Assembly (NCBI GenBank): GCA_963732905.1
Contig: CAVTBM010000011.1
Coordinates: forward strand, 12,686-76,685
Direction of reading: 5' to 3'
DNA length: 64,000 nucleotides
From: an uncultured Bacteroidales bacterium
GTDB lineage: Bacteria; Bacteroidota; Bacteroidia; Bacteroidales; GCA-2748055
Shown: in pieces, positions 9,981-18,103 of the stretch
How positions within the stretch are numbered: the first letter of the stretch is position 1
Layout of the letters: each line of letters begins with the position of its first letter
Notes under the pieces: model-generated
Database searches by the model: none
The model's input: the letters and a program-made list of their open reading frames with translations, nothing else
What the model was told of the DNA's origin: nothing
Made by a program: the position numbers and the translations under genes

Positions 9981-10355
9981 ATGAAAATCGTTGACGCTGT
10001 TTATTATCTCTATTACAGATATTATCGAATTATCAGGAGTATAAGCTTAAAAACCAGCTATTATCAGGTTCGTGTAGTCTTATTTTTCTCGATGATTACA
10101 GGATTTAACATTGTCTCAGTAATTAAGATTCTAGATTTAGAAATAGATTTTAATAGATATTATACTATAGCTATTGCATTAATGTGGTTCTTTTTTTGGT
10201 TACTCTTTTTTTCGAAGTCAACCCGTTTAGAAAGTATATTAAAACATTTTGAAAAAGAAAGTAAAACTCATCAATTGGTTGGCGGAATAGGGGTAATTTT
10301 ATATTCAATAGTTTCTTTTATTATATTTATTACTGTTTTAGGTAATCCATCTTGA
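9981..10355 (+). CDS. Immunity-like small membrane protein (about 3 TM helices)
   Basis: The ATG directly follows the tip stop codon (TAAATG). Hydrophobic segments: VVLFFSMITGFNIVSVI, IAIALMWFFFWLLFF, VGGIGVILYSIVSFIIFITVL. AT-rich. Confidence 0.6.
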   Translation: MKIVDAVYYLYYRYYRIIRSISLKTSYYQVRVVLFFSMITGFNIVSVIKILDLEIDFNRYYTIAIALMWFFFWLLFFSKSTRLESILKHFEKESKTHQLVGGIGVILYSIVSFIIFITVLGNPS

Positions 10356-10606
10356 ATTAAGGCAAAATCTTGATGATTTTGATATCCCGCAAGAAGCACG
10401 AAACTTTCTCACCGGATTGTCCAAAAAGGCCCCATCGGGGTCAGAGAGCGATAGAATAATTGACAGGTAAGGTTCCCCGGCGCCCCATAGGGTGTGCAAC
10501 CAATTTTGAAAAGAGAATAAAGGAAATCTAGATGAAATTCCATAATCTTTGAAAAGAGGGGGCTTGCTTTTAAATTGTATTTTAATACAGGAGAACAGGA
10601 TATGTA

Positions 10607-10946
10607 TTCGATTTTTTATTGTAAAAACCTGAAACCCTCACGCTGATTTTTTCCTCTTTTTCCCATTAATTGGTGAAGCATTCCCGGACAGTTACTTCGT
10701 GTAGTTGCTTTCTAAAGTTATAAAACATTGGTGCGAAAGATTGAAAGCACCCTGATTGTGCGGCGGATATCCAGGCCGGGTCGATTACTGATGGCTGAAG
10801 AATTACAATTCCGGCAGGTACAGTATATGGCAGGGCAAAAGTATGTGAGTTCGACTGAACGGTACCAGCTGAATAACCTGCGTAAATTGCAGAGCAAAAT
10901 AGATAAACCACATCCTTTAGGGAAAATTGAAGATCACAATTTGTGA
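10607..10946 (+). pseudogene. Tyrosine recombinase/integrase 3'-end remnant, copy 1
   Basis: Encodes ...LQFRQVQYMAGQKYVSSTERYQLNNLRKLQSKIDKPHPL, the catalytic-Tyr region of Bacteroidota-type integrases with His replaced by Gln. The frame is broken upstream at ACTGATGGCTGAAGAATTACAAT. Homologous to 16760-17081 and 19890-20222. Confidence 0.7.
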
Positions 10947-11016
10947 CCTCCAACCTGATTCGCAAAATGCGATACCAGGATTAAAAAGTTATTCTCTGTA
11001 ATAAGAATTAAAGAAA

Positions 11017-12051
11017 ATGAGAAAAGCAGTTACCCCTTCATTTGAAGACTTCTACAAAAGGATAAAAGAAATCCTGGAAACAACTCGTACCAGGATCTAC
11101 CAAACGGTAAATTTTGAAATGGTACAGGCCTATTGGAACATAGGCCGGATTGTTGTTGAAGAGGAGCAAAAGGGCAAAGAAAGAGCTGAATACGGCAGCT
11201 ATTTAATAGAAACTCTTTCAGAAAGGCTTACCAAGGAATATGGGAAAGGATTTACAAAGAGCAATTTAAAGTATATGCGACAGTTTTATCAGACTTTTGA
11301 AAAAAGTCACGCACTGCGTGGCGAATTATCCTGGACCCATTATCGCCTGTTGTTAAAAGTTGAAAATAAAAGTGCCCGTGAGTTCTATATCGAAGAAACC
11401 ATAAGGGGGAACTGGAGCACCAGGCAACTTGAACGGCAGATCAACTCTTTGTACTATGATCGCACATTAATGAGCCGGGATAAAAAGGGAATGATCATGG
11501 ATGGGCGGGCGTTGCAGGATAAAATGCAGCCGGAAGATATTATCAAGGACCCATATGTTTTAGAGTTCCTCGATGTAAGAGAAAATGAGAAACTCGCAGA
11601 ACGGGAGCTGGAGTTTGCTCTTATTGAAAAACTACAGCATTTATTACTTGAATTGGGTACTGGTTTTTCTTTTATCAGGCGTCAATACAGAATTACAGCA
11701 GATACAGATCATTTTTTTATTGACCTGGTTTTTTACAATTACATTTTAAAATTCTTTTTACTGATCGATCTTAAAATAGATAAGCTAAGTCACCAGGACA
11801 TAGGACAGATGGACTTTTATGTACGCTTCTTCGAGGAAAATGTAAAACAGCCCGGGGATAATCCAACAATAGGGCTTATTCTCTGTACCGAAAAGAATAA
11901 AACAATTGTTAAGTACAGTCTACTCAATGAAAGCAGGCAGATCTTTGCATCAAAGTATCAGATGTATTTACCAACGGAGAAACAGTTAAAAAAAGAGATC
12001 CAACGAGAGAAAGAACTGATTGAGCAGGAAAAAAAGCTCTCAAAAGAATAA
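11017..12051 (+). CDS. DUF1016/YhcG-family PDDEXK nuclease-like protein
   Basis: N-terminal YQTVNFEMVQAYWNIGRIVVEEEQKGKERAEYGSYLIETLSERLTKEYGKGF and C-terminal nuclease core ELGTGFSFIRRQYRI...FFIDLVFYN...LIDLK are characteristic of this family. Confidence 0.8.
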   Translation: MRKAVTPSFEDFYKRIKEILETTRTRIYQTVNFEMVQAYWNIGRIVVEEEQKGKERAEYGSYLIETLSERLTKEYGKGFTKSNLKYMRQFYQTFEKSHALRGELSWTHYRLLLKVENKSAREFYIEETIRGNWSTRQLERQINSLYYDRTLMSRDKKGMIMDGRALQDKMQPEDIIKDPYVLEFLDVRENEKLAERELEFALIEKLQHLLLELGTGFSFIRRQYRITADTDHFFIDLVFYNYILKFFLLIDLKIDKLSHQDIGQMDFYVRFFEENVKQPGDNPTIGLILCTEKNKTIVKYSLLNESRQIFASKYQMYLPTEKQLKKEIQREKELIEQEKKLSKE

Positions 12052-12134
12052 TTTTCATGTTGTATAAAAACTGCAACTACCGGTTATACAATTTAATTCA
12101 TTAACCAATCACCCTCCCCGCATCCAACCCTTCT

Positions 12135-12242
12135 GCAGCGGTTTTTTGTCATGATTTATCTGCTGGATTTTTTATGCAGGCAGTCCTTTTGCAGTTGCCG
12201 ATTGGGCCGCATATGGCAAAAGCCACGCCCGGAAAGTGCTGC
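12135..12242. repeat. Long imperfect palindrome (cassette-end element), copy with a 31-nt insertion
   Basis: GCAGCGGTTTTTTGTCATG...CCTTTTGCA / TGGCAAAAGCCACGCCCGGAAAGTGCTGC. The inner stem CTTTTGC/GCAAAAG and the outer GCAGC/GCTGC are complementary. Confidence 0.6.
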
Positions 12243-12413
12243 GCCTGATACTTAACAGGGTTGACTTTGGGGCTTACCTAAGTGATTAAAAATGCAGTGG
12301 TCTGTTCAAATAATCCGGGAACAGTCTGGATTTTTTTCTCTTAATTGAAGTAATTGAAAACACAGAAAAATCTTCAGTTAAGGGCTCAATTAAAAGTCTT
12401 CATGCGCTAGAGC

Positions 12414-12444
12414 TTTGGCAGATATTAAAAAAATGCTAATTTTA
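12414..12444 (+). promoter_or_regulatory. Promoter-like box TTTG-N19-TAATTTTA (copy 2)
   Basis: TTTG at 12414-12417 and TAATTTTA at 12437-12444. Confidence 0.35.
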
Positions 12445-12465
12445 ATCTACGATAGTGTTCGTCCC

Positions 12466-12498
12466 AAACCTGACAGGTTTTAAAAACCTGTCAGGTTT
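12466..12498. promoter_or_regulatory. Perfect 15-bp hairpin (copy 2)
   Basis: Same sequence as 7578-7610. Confidence 0.85.
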
Positions 12499-12594
12499 AC
12501 GATGTACTGTTTGATGAAGGCATGATCAACATGAAAAACCAAACGCCTGAATTCGAGTATTTCTTAAAGAGACCATCCCGGTAATACAGGTGTT

Positions 12595-13509
12595 GTGCTG
12601 AATACAGAAGCACAATTTGTAGAACAACATGATTATTACCCGTTCGGTATGGAGTTCGCCGGACGTCAGGGAGGGGATATCAAGTACCGCTATAACGGGA
12701 AAGAACTGCAGGATATGAAAATCGGGGGAAGAGGTTTGGATTGGTACGATTATGGGGCGAGGTTCTATGACCCGGCATTAGGTAGGTGGAATGTTCAAGA
12801 TCCCTTGGCGGAATATCACTTTAACCAATCTCCATATAACTACGTAGAAAATAATCCTTTGCTTTATATTGATCCCTTTGGACTAAATAAAGAAGATCGT
12901 CAAGAAAGAAGAAGACAGAGAAGAGCTAAAAGAAGGAATCAAAAAGTTCCAGAGGACCTAAGATATGATCTACCAGGAGTGGATTGTGTCGGCTCAGCTC
13001 CAAGTACTCCCAAACCCATTGATCCAAAAAATTTAGCTAACAAAGGTGGAACTGTACCTGGGGGCATCTTTCTCTGGAGTATTTTTGGTGAAGGTTCAGC
13101 TGGCATCGGAACTACCAACAAAGATGTCGAAAGCCTTAATCTTGATTGGTTGCTTATTTTGCTTATAGCTCAGCATGGGAGTATCCCCACTGAGAGAATT
13201 GAGGCAATAAATGAAGCAATTGCCAAGGCAAAAAATGCTATAGAGGAAGCTACAGTAACTTCGGATGAAGAGATTTATGAGAAGAATACAGGTAATTCTA
13301 AGGCTGCTAGTCCTCAAAAGAAGACAATTGTGAAAACATATTCAGAGAAATCAAATAAAGAAGTTGTTTCTAAGCGGGGATTTTATAATCGATTTAACAA
13401 GGATACAACCAAACTCTACGAGGTTCGTCCAAAATCAGGTGATACCATTTGGGTATGGCCGACCAATCCTGATGGGACTGTCAAAAATCCACCTGAACCA
13501 TATAAATAA
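12595..13509 (+). CDS. Orphan Rhs/YD C-terminal tip 2 (canonical PxxxxDPxGL, unknown toxin domain)
   Basis: YYPFGMEFAGRQGGDIKYRYNGKELQD...[27 protein letters not shown]...NNPLLYIDPFGL, then an Arg-rich linker RQERRRQRRAKRRNQK and ~190 aa with no motif I recognise. The module ATG at 12522 is out of frame because of a 1-nt insertion (AAAGAGACC vs AAAGGACC) and stops at 12582-12584. Confidence 0.75.
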   Translation: MLNTEAQFVEQHDYYPFGMEFAGRQGGDIKYRYNGKELQDMKIGGRGLDWYDYGARFYDPALGRWNVQDPLAEYHFNQSPYNYVENNPLLYIDPFGLNKEDRQERRRQRRAKRRNQKVPEDLRYDLPGVDCVGSAPSTPKPIDPKNLANKGGTVPGGIFLWSIFGEGSAGIGTTNKDVESLNLDWLLILLIAQHGSIPTERIEAINEAIAKAKNAIEEATVTSDEEIYEKNTGNSKAASPQKKTIVKTYSEKSNKEVVSKRGFYNRFNKDTTKLYEVRPKSGDTIWVWPTNPDGTVKNPPEPYK

Positions 13510-13516
13510 ATTGGTA

Positions 13517-14314
13517 ATGAAAAAAAATTCGTTAATTATTATATTTATTGTTATTGTAAGTAGTTGTCAATGTAATAAGAAAAAGGAATATTATTCTGAC
13601 GGATCGATTAAGATTGAGAAAATTTATTGTAAGAACAACGAACATATTAAAACGATCGAGCACTATCGAAATGGTCTCGTTTCATCGATTACATTTGAAA
13701 ATGTCAAAGGTAATTTAGATGGAAAATGTTCCTATTTTGATAAAAACGGTAATATCGAAAGTTCAGTTGTTTATAAAGATGGTATTTCAGATGGTATAGC
13801 AAAATGGTTTTATCCTAATGGCAAAATAATGGAAGAAGTGTATATAATAAATAAAGAAAGAGTTGGACCTCATATATATTATGATTTATCTGGAAATATA
13901 GTAAGAAAAAACTTTTATATTTTAATAAATAATAAATCATTCTTCAATGGGTATCTAGTTTATAATAAATTTGGAAATATTATTCCCGATTCGTCTATGT
14001 ATGTATTTTTAAAAACTGATAAGGACACAGTTAATATTAACGATACTATAACCTATTGGTTTAATCAATATCTATCAAAAGGGATTCAAGTTAAAGCCAT
14101 TATAGGTAATATTGATAAAAATTTCAATATCGTTGATTCAACCACAATTAAATATGTAAACCCAAATTTAAAAAACAAGTTTTCACCCACAAAAGTTGGA
14201 AATGATACAATTAGGATCATTTATGAATTGAAAAAAGAAACAGCAAATAATACTATTGATAAGATATATAAAGGCCGTATATTACTTGAAAAGATTTTAA
14301 ATGTTAGAGAGTAA
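13517..14314 (+). CDS. Immunity-like lipoprotein with MORN-variant (YwqK-like) repeats
   Basis: Lipobox MKKNSLIIIFIVIVSSC. Repeats YYSDGSIKIEKIY, YFDKNGNIESSVVYKDGISDGIAKWFYPNGKIMEEVY. The YwqK/COG2849 family is a known antitoxin/immunity family. The start is taken at ATG 13517, 8 nt after the tip stop. Confidence 0.65.
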   Translation: MKKNSLIIIFIVIVSSCQCNKKKEYYSDGSIKIEKIYCKNNEHIKTIEHYRNGLVSSITFENVKGNLDGKCSYFDKNGNIESSVVYKDGISDGIAKWFYPNGKIMEEVYIINKERVGPHIYYDLSGNIVRKNFYILINNKSFFNGYLVYNKFGNIIPDSSMYVFLKTDKDTVNINDTITYWFNQYLSKGIQVKAIIGNIDKNFNIVDSTTIKYVNPNLKNKFSPTKVGNDTIRIIYELKKETANNTIDKIYKGRILLEKILNVRE

Positions 14315-14829
14315 ACTGGTATGATTACGGGGCAAGGTTTTATGATCCGGCGATTGCAAGGTGGAATAAAAAAAGACAACAAGACATAAATGATGAATTG
14401 CGACTTCTTTCAATGGTACATAATAAAATAGTTAATAATAATACAGGGAATAATAATGATAAATATCCTGGATGGTCTGGATTAATAGGAATTTCGCTAG
14501 GCAGTCTCGATTTGTGGAATAATATGAAGGATAATTTATTGGCATCAAAATCAATCATAGAAAATCAAATTGAGGAGATTAATGAAAGATTAAAGAACAA
14601 GAATGCATCTTCTTCAGAGGTTGATAAATTACAAAACAATTTGAATGATTTGGTTAAGAAACAAGCTCAAATTGATTCGGTTATTGAAGCTGTCATAAGA
14701 GTTATTGATAATTCTAAAAAATATCAAGAACAATTAACTTCTCCAAGAGATGTCACAAGAACTAGTTCTTCTGGTGAAAATGATTATAAAAAAAGTCTTG
14801 ATATCGTTAAGAAATGGGGAAATGAATAA
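14308..14829 (+). pseudogene. Orphan Rhs tip fragment starting at [11 protein letters not shown], with no start codon of its own
   Basis: The frame opens at 14308, overlapping the stop of the preceding gene: (RVN)[31 protein letters not shown].... It then has an Asn-rich and coiled-coil-like tail (NQIEEINERLKNKNASSSEVDKLQNNLNDLVKKQAQ). The first ATG is at 14398. Confidence 0.65.
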
Positions 14830-14852
14830 AATTGAATTAATTATAGTTAGTT

Positions 14853-15245
14853 ATGAAGCAAGACTATGACGATATTCAGAATATTCTAACGGATTATTAC
14901 TTAAATGATGATTACATTAGTGTAATAAATACATGGGAATCTAAGATAAATTATAAATTATTACCTAAATTCGATAATAAATTACGAAATGAAGTACTTC
15001 ATGCGTTAATTATAAGTTATAAAAAAACCGAGAATATTAAACAGAGCATTTTTTATATAAATAAATATATTAATAAATTGTTAAATAATCATCAAAATGA
15101 AAACTTTGATGAAGAATTGCTTTTCTGTTTTACAGTTCTCGCATCAATATATGCATCTAAACAAAATTATCTAAAAGAATTAAAAACGCTATATAAATAT
15201 AATAAATTTAATAACAAAAATAAAAAAAACAAAAAACCTAATTGA
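14853..15245 (+). CDS. Immunity-like small cytoplasmic protein (helical, Lys/Asn-rich tail)
   Basis: 130-aa ORF 23 nt after the tip stop. Very AT-rich. No recognisable motif. Confidence 0.45.
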   Translation: MKQDYDDIQNILTDYYLNDDYISVINTWESKINYKLLPKFDNKLRNEVLHALIISYKKTENIKQSIFYINKYINKLLNNHQNENFDEELLFCFTVLASIYASKQNYLKELKTLYKYNKFNNKNKKNKKPN

Positions 15246-15261
15246 TGATTTAGAAGTACAT

Positions 15262-15492
15262 TTGTTTAATAAATTTCAGATGATGAACAAATTTTATTCT
15301 TACATATTTATTTCTTTGATAATTTTACATTTGATAATTGAAAATTTTTTTTCAATATCAATTAGTAATAAATTCTTTCTTGTGTTGTGGACAGCTTTTA
15401 TTATATTTTCTATGATATGGATTGTAATCACATTGCTAAATAAAAAACTTGCCTTAAAATTTTTTAGATTTCTTATCAGTGTTGTCCAGTAA
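15262..15492 (+). CDS. Small 2-TM membrane protein (possible second immunity gene)
   Basis: YSYIFISLIILHLIIENFF and FLVLWTAFIIFSMIWIVITLL are hydrophobic helices. The start is uncertain (listed TTG at 15262, ATG at 15280). Confidence 0.4.
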   Translation: MFNKFQMMNKFYSYIFISLIILHLIIENFFSISISNKFFLVLWTAFIIFSMIWIVITLLNKKLALKFFRFLISVVQ

Positions 15493-15605
15493 AACCGGAA
15501 GTTACTAATATTTTACAATCAAATGCCTGAAAATCAATCATACATTTTTCATTTTTCAAAAGCAAGCCCACCTCATTTCCGGGAATAAGGAATTTTCATA
15601 CTCAT

Positions 15606-15701
15606 TCGCTCGTTGTTTGTAAGCCTTCGGCTAACTGCATCTTGAAATAATACCTTCTACCAGTTAGCTTTGTTGCAAAGCAAGCCTTCGGCTAACGAGC
15701 G
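15606..15701 (+). other. Intergenic element: 15-bp direct repeat AAGCCTTCGGCTAAC x2 enclosed by an 8-bp stem
   Basis: Direct repeats at 15621-15635 and 15682-15696. CGCTCGTT (15607-15614) pairs with AACGAGCG (15694-15701). GCTAACTG (15630-15637) pairs with CAGTTAGC (15661-15668). Confidence 0.3.
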
Positions 15702-15868
15702 CCTTTGGTTTCATAGCGTAATGGATCCCTCAAAGAGAATAGCCAGTTCAGACTTTGGTTATTCTTACTCCCTCAATGTCAAGATGTTTTAGCTCCACGA
15801 TTATTGAGTGAAACAAATTTATTTCTAAAGATTTATCTTTACATTTGTAAAACAATGCTTGGAAGATC

Positions 15869-16096
15869 ATGAGGACAATACTGATAAAAATACCCGATAG
15901 TGTTGATATGTCAGACTATGACTTTTCAATGATGATTGCTGCAAAGCTTTATGAAGATAGAAAACTGTCTTCCGGTCAAGCTGCCGAAATGGTTGGTTTA
16001 ACCAAAAGAGCTTTCATAGAAATTCTCGGAAAATACGGAGTTTCGTTGTTCAGCAATTCAATTGATGATCTTCATTCAGATATAGCAAATGCCTAA
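15869..16096 (+). CDS. UPF0175-family antitoxin
   Basis: LSSGQAAEMVGLTKRAFIEILGKYGVSLF is the typical UPF0175 core. There is an 8-nt overlap with the downstream PIN-like gene. A perfect TAnnTTTG box (TACATTTG) sits at 15840-15847. Confidence 0.75.
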   Translation: MRTILIKIPDSVDMSDYDFSMMIAAKLYEDRKLSSGQAAEMVGLTKRAFIEILGKYGVSLFSNSIDDLHSDIANA

Positions 16097-16559
16097 GGTC
16101 ATTATTTCCGATACCAGTGTTCTGAATCTATTTCAAAAAATCAGCAGACTCGACCTGCTTCACGGAATTTATGAAGAGATCATTACAACGCCTGAAGTCG
16201 CAGAGGAATATGGGGACGAGTTACCTATATGGATAAATATTCAAGTAGTTACCGACAGAAAATATCAGGAACTATTGGAATTACAGGTTGACAAAGGTGA
16301 AGCCAGTGCCATCGCACTGGCTAAAGAATATTCAGATGTATTATTATTGCTCTATGATTTAAAGGCCAGGAAATTAGCTACTAAATTGAATTTGAAATAT
16401 ACCGGGACACTTGGTATTATAACGAAGGCAAAGAATAAAGGCTTAATTGAAAAGGTTAAACCTGTCCTGGATAAAATTCAAAAGACAGATTTCAGGATAT
16501 CAGAAAAGATACTTAAAGAGATTCTTTTACTGAATGACGAAGACGTGCAAGAGAGATAA
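16089..16559 (+). CDS. DUF3368-type PIN-like nuclease toxin
   Basis: VIISDTSVLNLF...GEASAIALAKEY...LLLLYDLKARKLATKLNLKYTGTLGIITKAKNKGLI matches the DUF3368 pattern. Note LLYD where LLDD would be typical. Confidence 0.7.
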   Translation: MPKVIISDTSVLNLFQKISRLDLLHGIYEEIITTPEVAEEYGDELPIWINIQVVTDRKYQELLELQVDKGEASAIALAKEYSDVLLLLYDLKARKLATKLNLKYTGTLGIITKAKNKGLIEKVKPVLDKIQKTDFRISEKILKEILLLNDEDVQER

Positions 16560-16622
16560 ATCACATTTGAGCAAGTTATACCTAGGATTGGTATCTGAAT
16601 TTCATCAAGTCTCAAAAAAAAT

Positions 16623-17081
16623 CATTGGTATGATTACGGGGCACGGTTCTATGAACCCCGGCTGGGTAGGTGGCATGTGATTGTTCCGGCCACTGAGGCC
16701 AATCACTTTGAATGGTAACGTTCATATGCCGGGCCTTAAACACATGAGCTCATCACACAAATTCGATTTTTTATTGTAAAAAACCTGAAATCCTCACGCT
16801 GATTTTTTCCTCTTTTTCCCATTAATTGGTGAAGCATTCCCGGACAGTTACTTCGTGTAGTTGCTTTCTGAAATTATAATAAACTGGTGCGAAATCTAGA
16901 ATGCAACCAGATTATGCGGCGGATATCCGGGCCGGGTCGATTTTTGATGGCCGAAGAATTACAATTCCGGAAGGTGCAGTATATGGCAGGTCATAAGTAC
17001 GTGAGTTCTACGGAACGGTAACAGCTGAATAACCTGGATAAGTTGCAGGAACGGATAAACAAATATCACCCGCTGAGTTAA
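16623..17081 (+). pseudogene. Rhs junction stub plus tyrosine recombinase 3' remnant, copy 2
   Basis: [31 protein letters not shown] (16623-16718), then ...KVQYMAGHKYVSSTER*QLNNLDKLQERINKYHPLS*. The catalytic Tyr codon is TAA. Near-identical to 19751-20222. Confidence 0.75.
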
Positions 17082-17131
17082 ACTAAAAGTGAATTTTAAT
17101 CGTTAAATTTGTGTACATAATGAGAGTAAAT

Positions 17132-17368
17132 ATGAATCTTCAGTCCAAAAAATTAGAGCTGGTTCAGCTTATACTGAATACTAAAAAACCCTCTATCCTT
17201 GCCAGGGTTGAAGCTGTACTAAAAGGGAAAGCTGTCGATTGGTGGGATGAGATAAGCCCGGAGGAACGGGAAGCCATAGAAAAGGGCTTATCAGAGGCAG
17301 ATAAAGGAGAGCTTATACCTCATGAAGAAGTCATGAAAGAAGTAAGGGCAAAATATAAGCTCGACTAA
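17132..17368 (+). CDS. Antitoxin partner of the RelE/ParE-family toxin
   Basis: Small acidic protein (WWDEISPEEREAIEKGLSEADKGELIPHEEVMKEV). TAATG overlap with the toxin gene. The start could also be 17111 or 17120. Confidence 0.6.
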   Translation: MNLQSKKLELVQLILNTKKPSILARVEAVLKGKAVDWWDEISPEEREAIEKGLSEADKGELIPHEEVMKEVRAKYKLD

Positions 17369-17664
17369 TGAAGATTAGTTGGACTCCCACAGCAAGAAGG
17401 ACTTATTTTAAAGTTCTCGATTATTTAGCGGAGAACTGGACCAAAAGAGAAGTTGCCCATTTTATAAGCGAAGTTGAAAGCTTATTGAATCAGATCACCA
17501 ACAATCCTGAAATGTTCCAGGCCTCCAGAAAAAAGAAAAGCGTCAGAAAGGCTCTAATCACGAAACACAACGCGCTTTATTACAGGATAAAACCCAGAAA
17601 AAAAGAACTAGAGCTAATCACCTTCTGGGATAATCGCCAAAACCCCAATAAATTAACTTATTAG
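17368..17664 (+). CDS. RelE/ParE-family type II toxin
   Basis: 98 aa. WTPTARRTYFKVLDYL...ALYYRIKPRKKELELITFWDNRQNP is a typical ParE/RelE fold signature. Confidence 0.7.
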   Translation: MKISWTPTARRTYFKVLDYLAENWTKREVAHFISEVESLLNQITNNPEMFQASRKKKSVRKALITKHNALYYRIKPRKKELELITFWDNRQNPNKLTY

Positions 17665-17694
17665 TTATCCACCCTCCCCGCCTCCAACCCTTCT

Positions 17695-17770
17695 GCAGCT
17701 GTTTTTGTCATGCCTTTTGCCGTTGCCGATTGCACCGCGTATGGCAAAAGCCACGCCAAAAAACTGCTGC
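17695..17770. repeat. Long imperfect palindrome (cassette-end element)
   Basis: GCAGCTGTTTTTGTCATGCCTTTTGCC (17695-17721) against GGCAAAAGCCACGCCAAAAAACTGCTGC (17743-17770). About 80% complementary, with a 21-nt loop. Confidence 0.7.
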
Positions 17771-17997
17771 CCCAGGCAACGGTACATAATGTGTCGGTAT
17801 TTGAAACCCTCCACCAGAAACGGGATCTTCCTTCCAACCGGAATTTTTTCTTTTAACTGAACGGCGAAGCCCTCATAGCATACACTGTTTTGACTTGTAG
17901 CACCTCTAAAAAATCAATTAATAGGTAAATAACAAACTGAAAACTCGGAAAAATCTTCAGCTAAAGGGCTCAATTAAAAGTCTTCGTTTGCTAAAGC

Positions 17998-18028
17998 TTT
18001 GGCAGATATTAAAAAAATGCTAATTTTA
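17998..18028 (+). promoter_or_regulatory. Promoter-like box TTTG-N19-TAATTTTA (copy 3)
   Basis: TTTG at 17998-18001 and TAATTTTA at 18021-18028. Confidence 0.35.
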
Positions 18029-18047
18029 ATCTACGATCGTTCGTCCC

Positions 18048-18080
18048 AAACCTGACAGGTTTTAAAAACCTGTCAGGTTT
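18048..18080. promoter_or_regulatory. Perfect 15-bp hairpin (copy 3)
   Basis: Same sequence as 7578-7610. Confidence 0.85.
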
Positions 18081-18103
18081 ACGATGTACTGTTTGATGGA
18101 GGC

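Larger units (their letters stand above)
12109..12780 (+). repeat. Restart module copy 2
   Basis: Same leader (TCACCCTCCCCGCATCCAACCCTTCTGCAGC), palindrome, promoter-like box, hairpin and RHS core-end block as copies 1 and 3. It has an internal deletion relative to copies 1 and 3 around 12340-12360. Confidence 0.85.

Noticed and set aside
10666-10965. 99-aa ORF (and the similar 104-aa ORF at 19881-20195) on the minus strand
   Set aside because: Both run antisense through the repeated recombinase remnant. The plus strand carries the recognisable ...QYMAGxKYVSSTERYQ motif, so the minus-strand ORFs are repeat-induced artefacts.
10560-15569. 12-nt inverted match GGGCTTGCTTTT (10560) / AAAAGCAAGCCC (15558) as possible terminal inverted repeats of a 5-kb element
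   Set aside because: Only 12 nt match and the similarity does not extend. There are no target-site duplications and no transposase between them.
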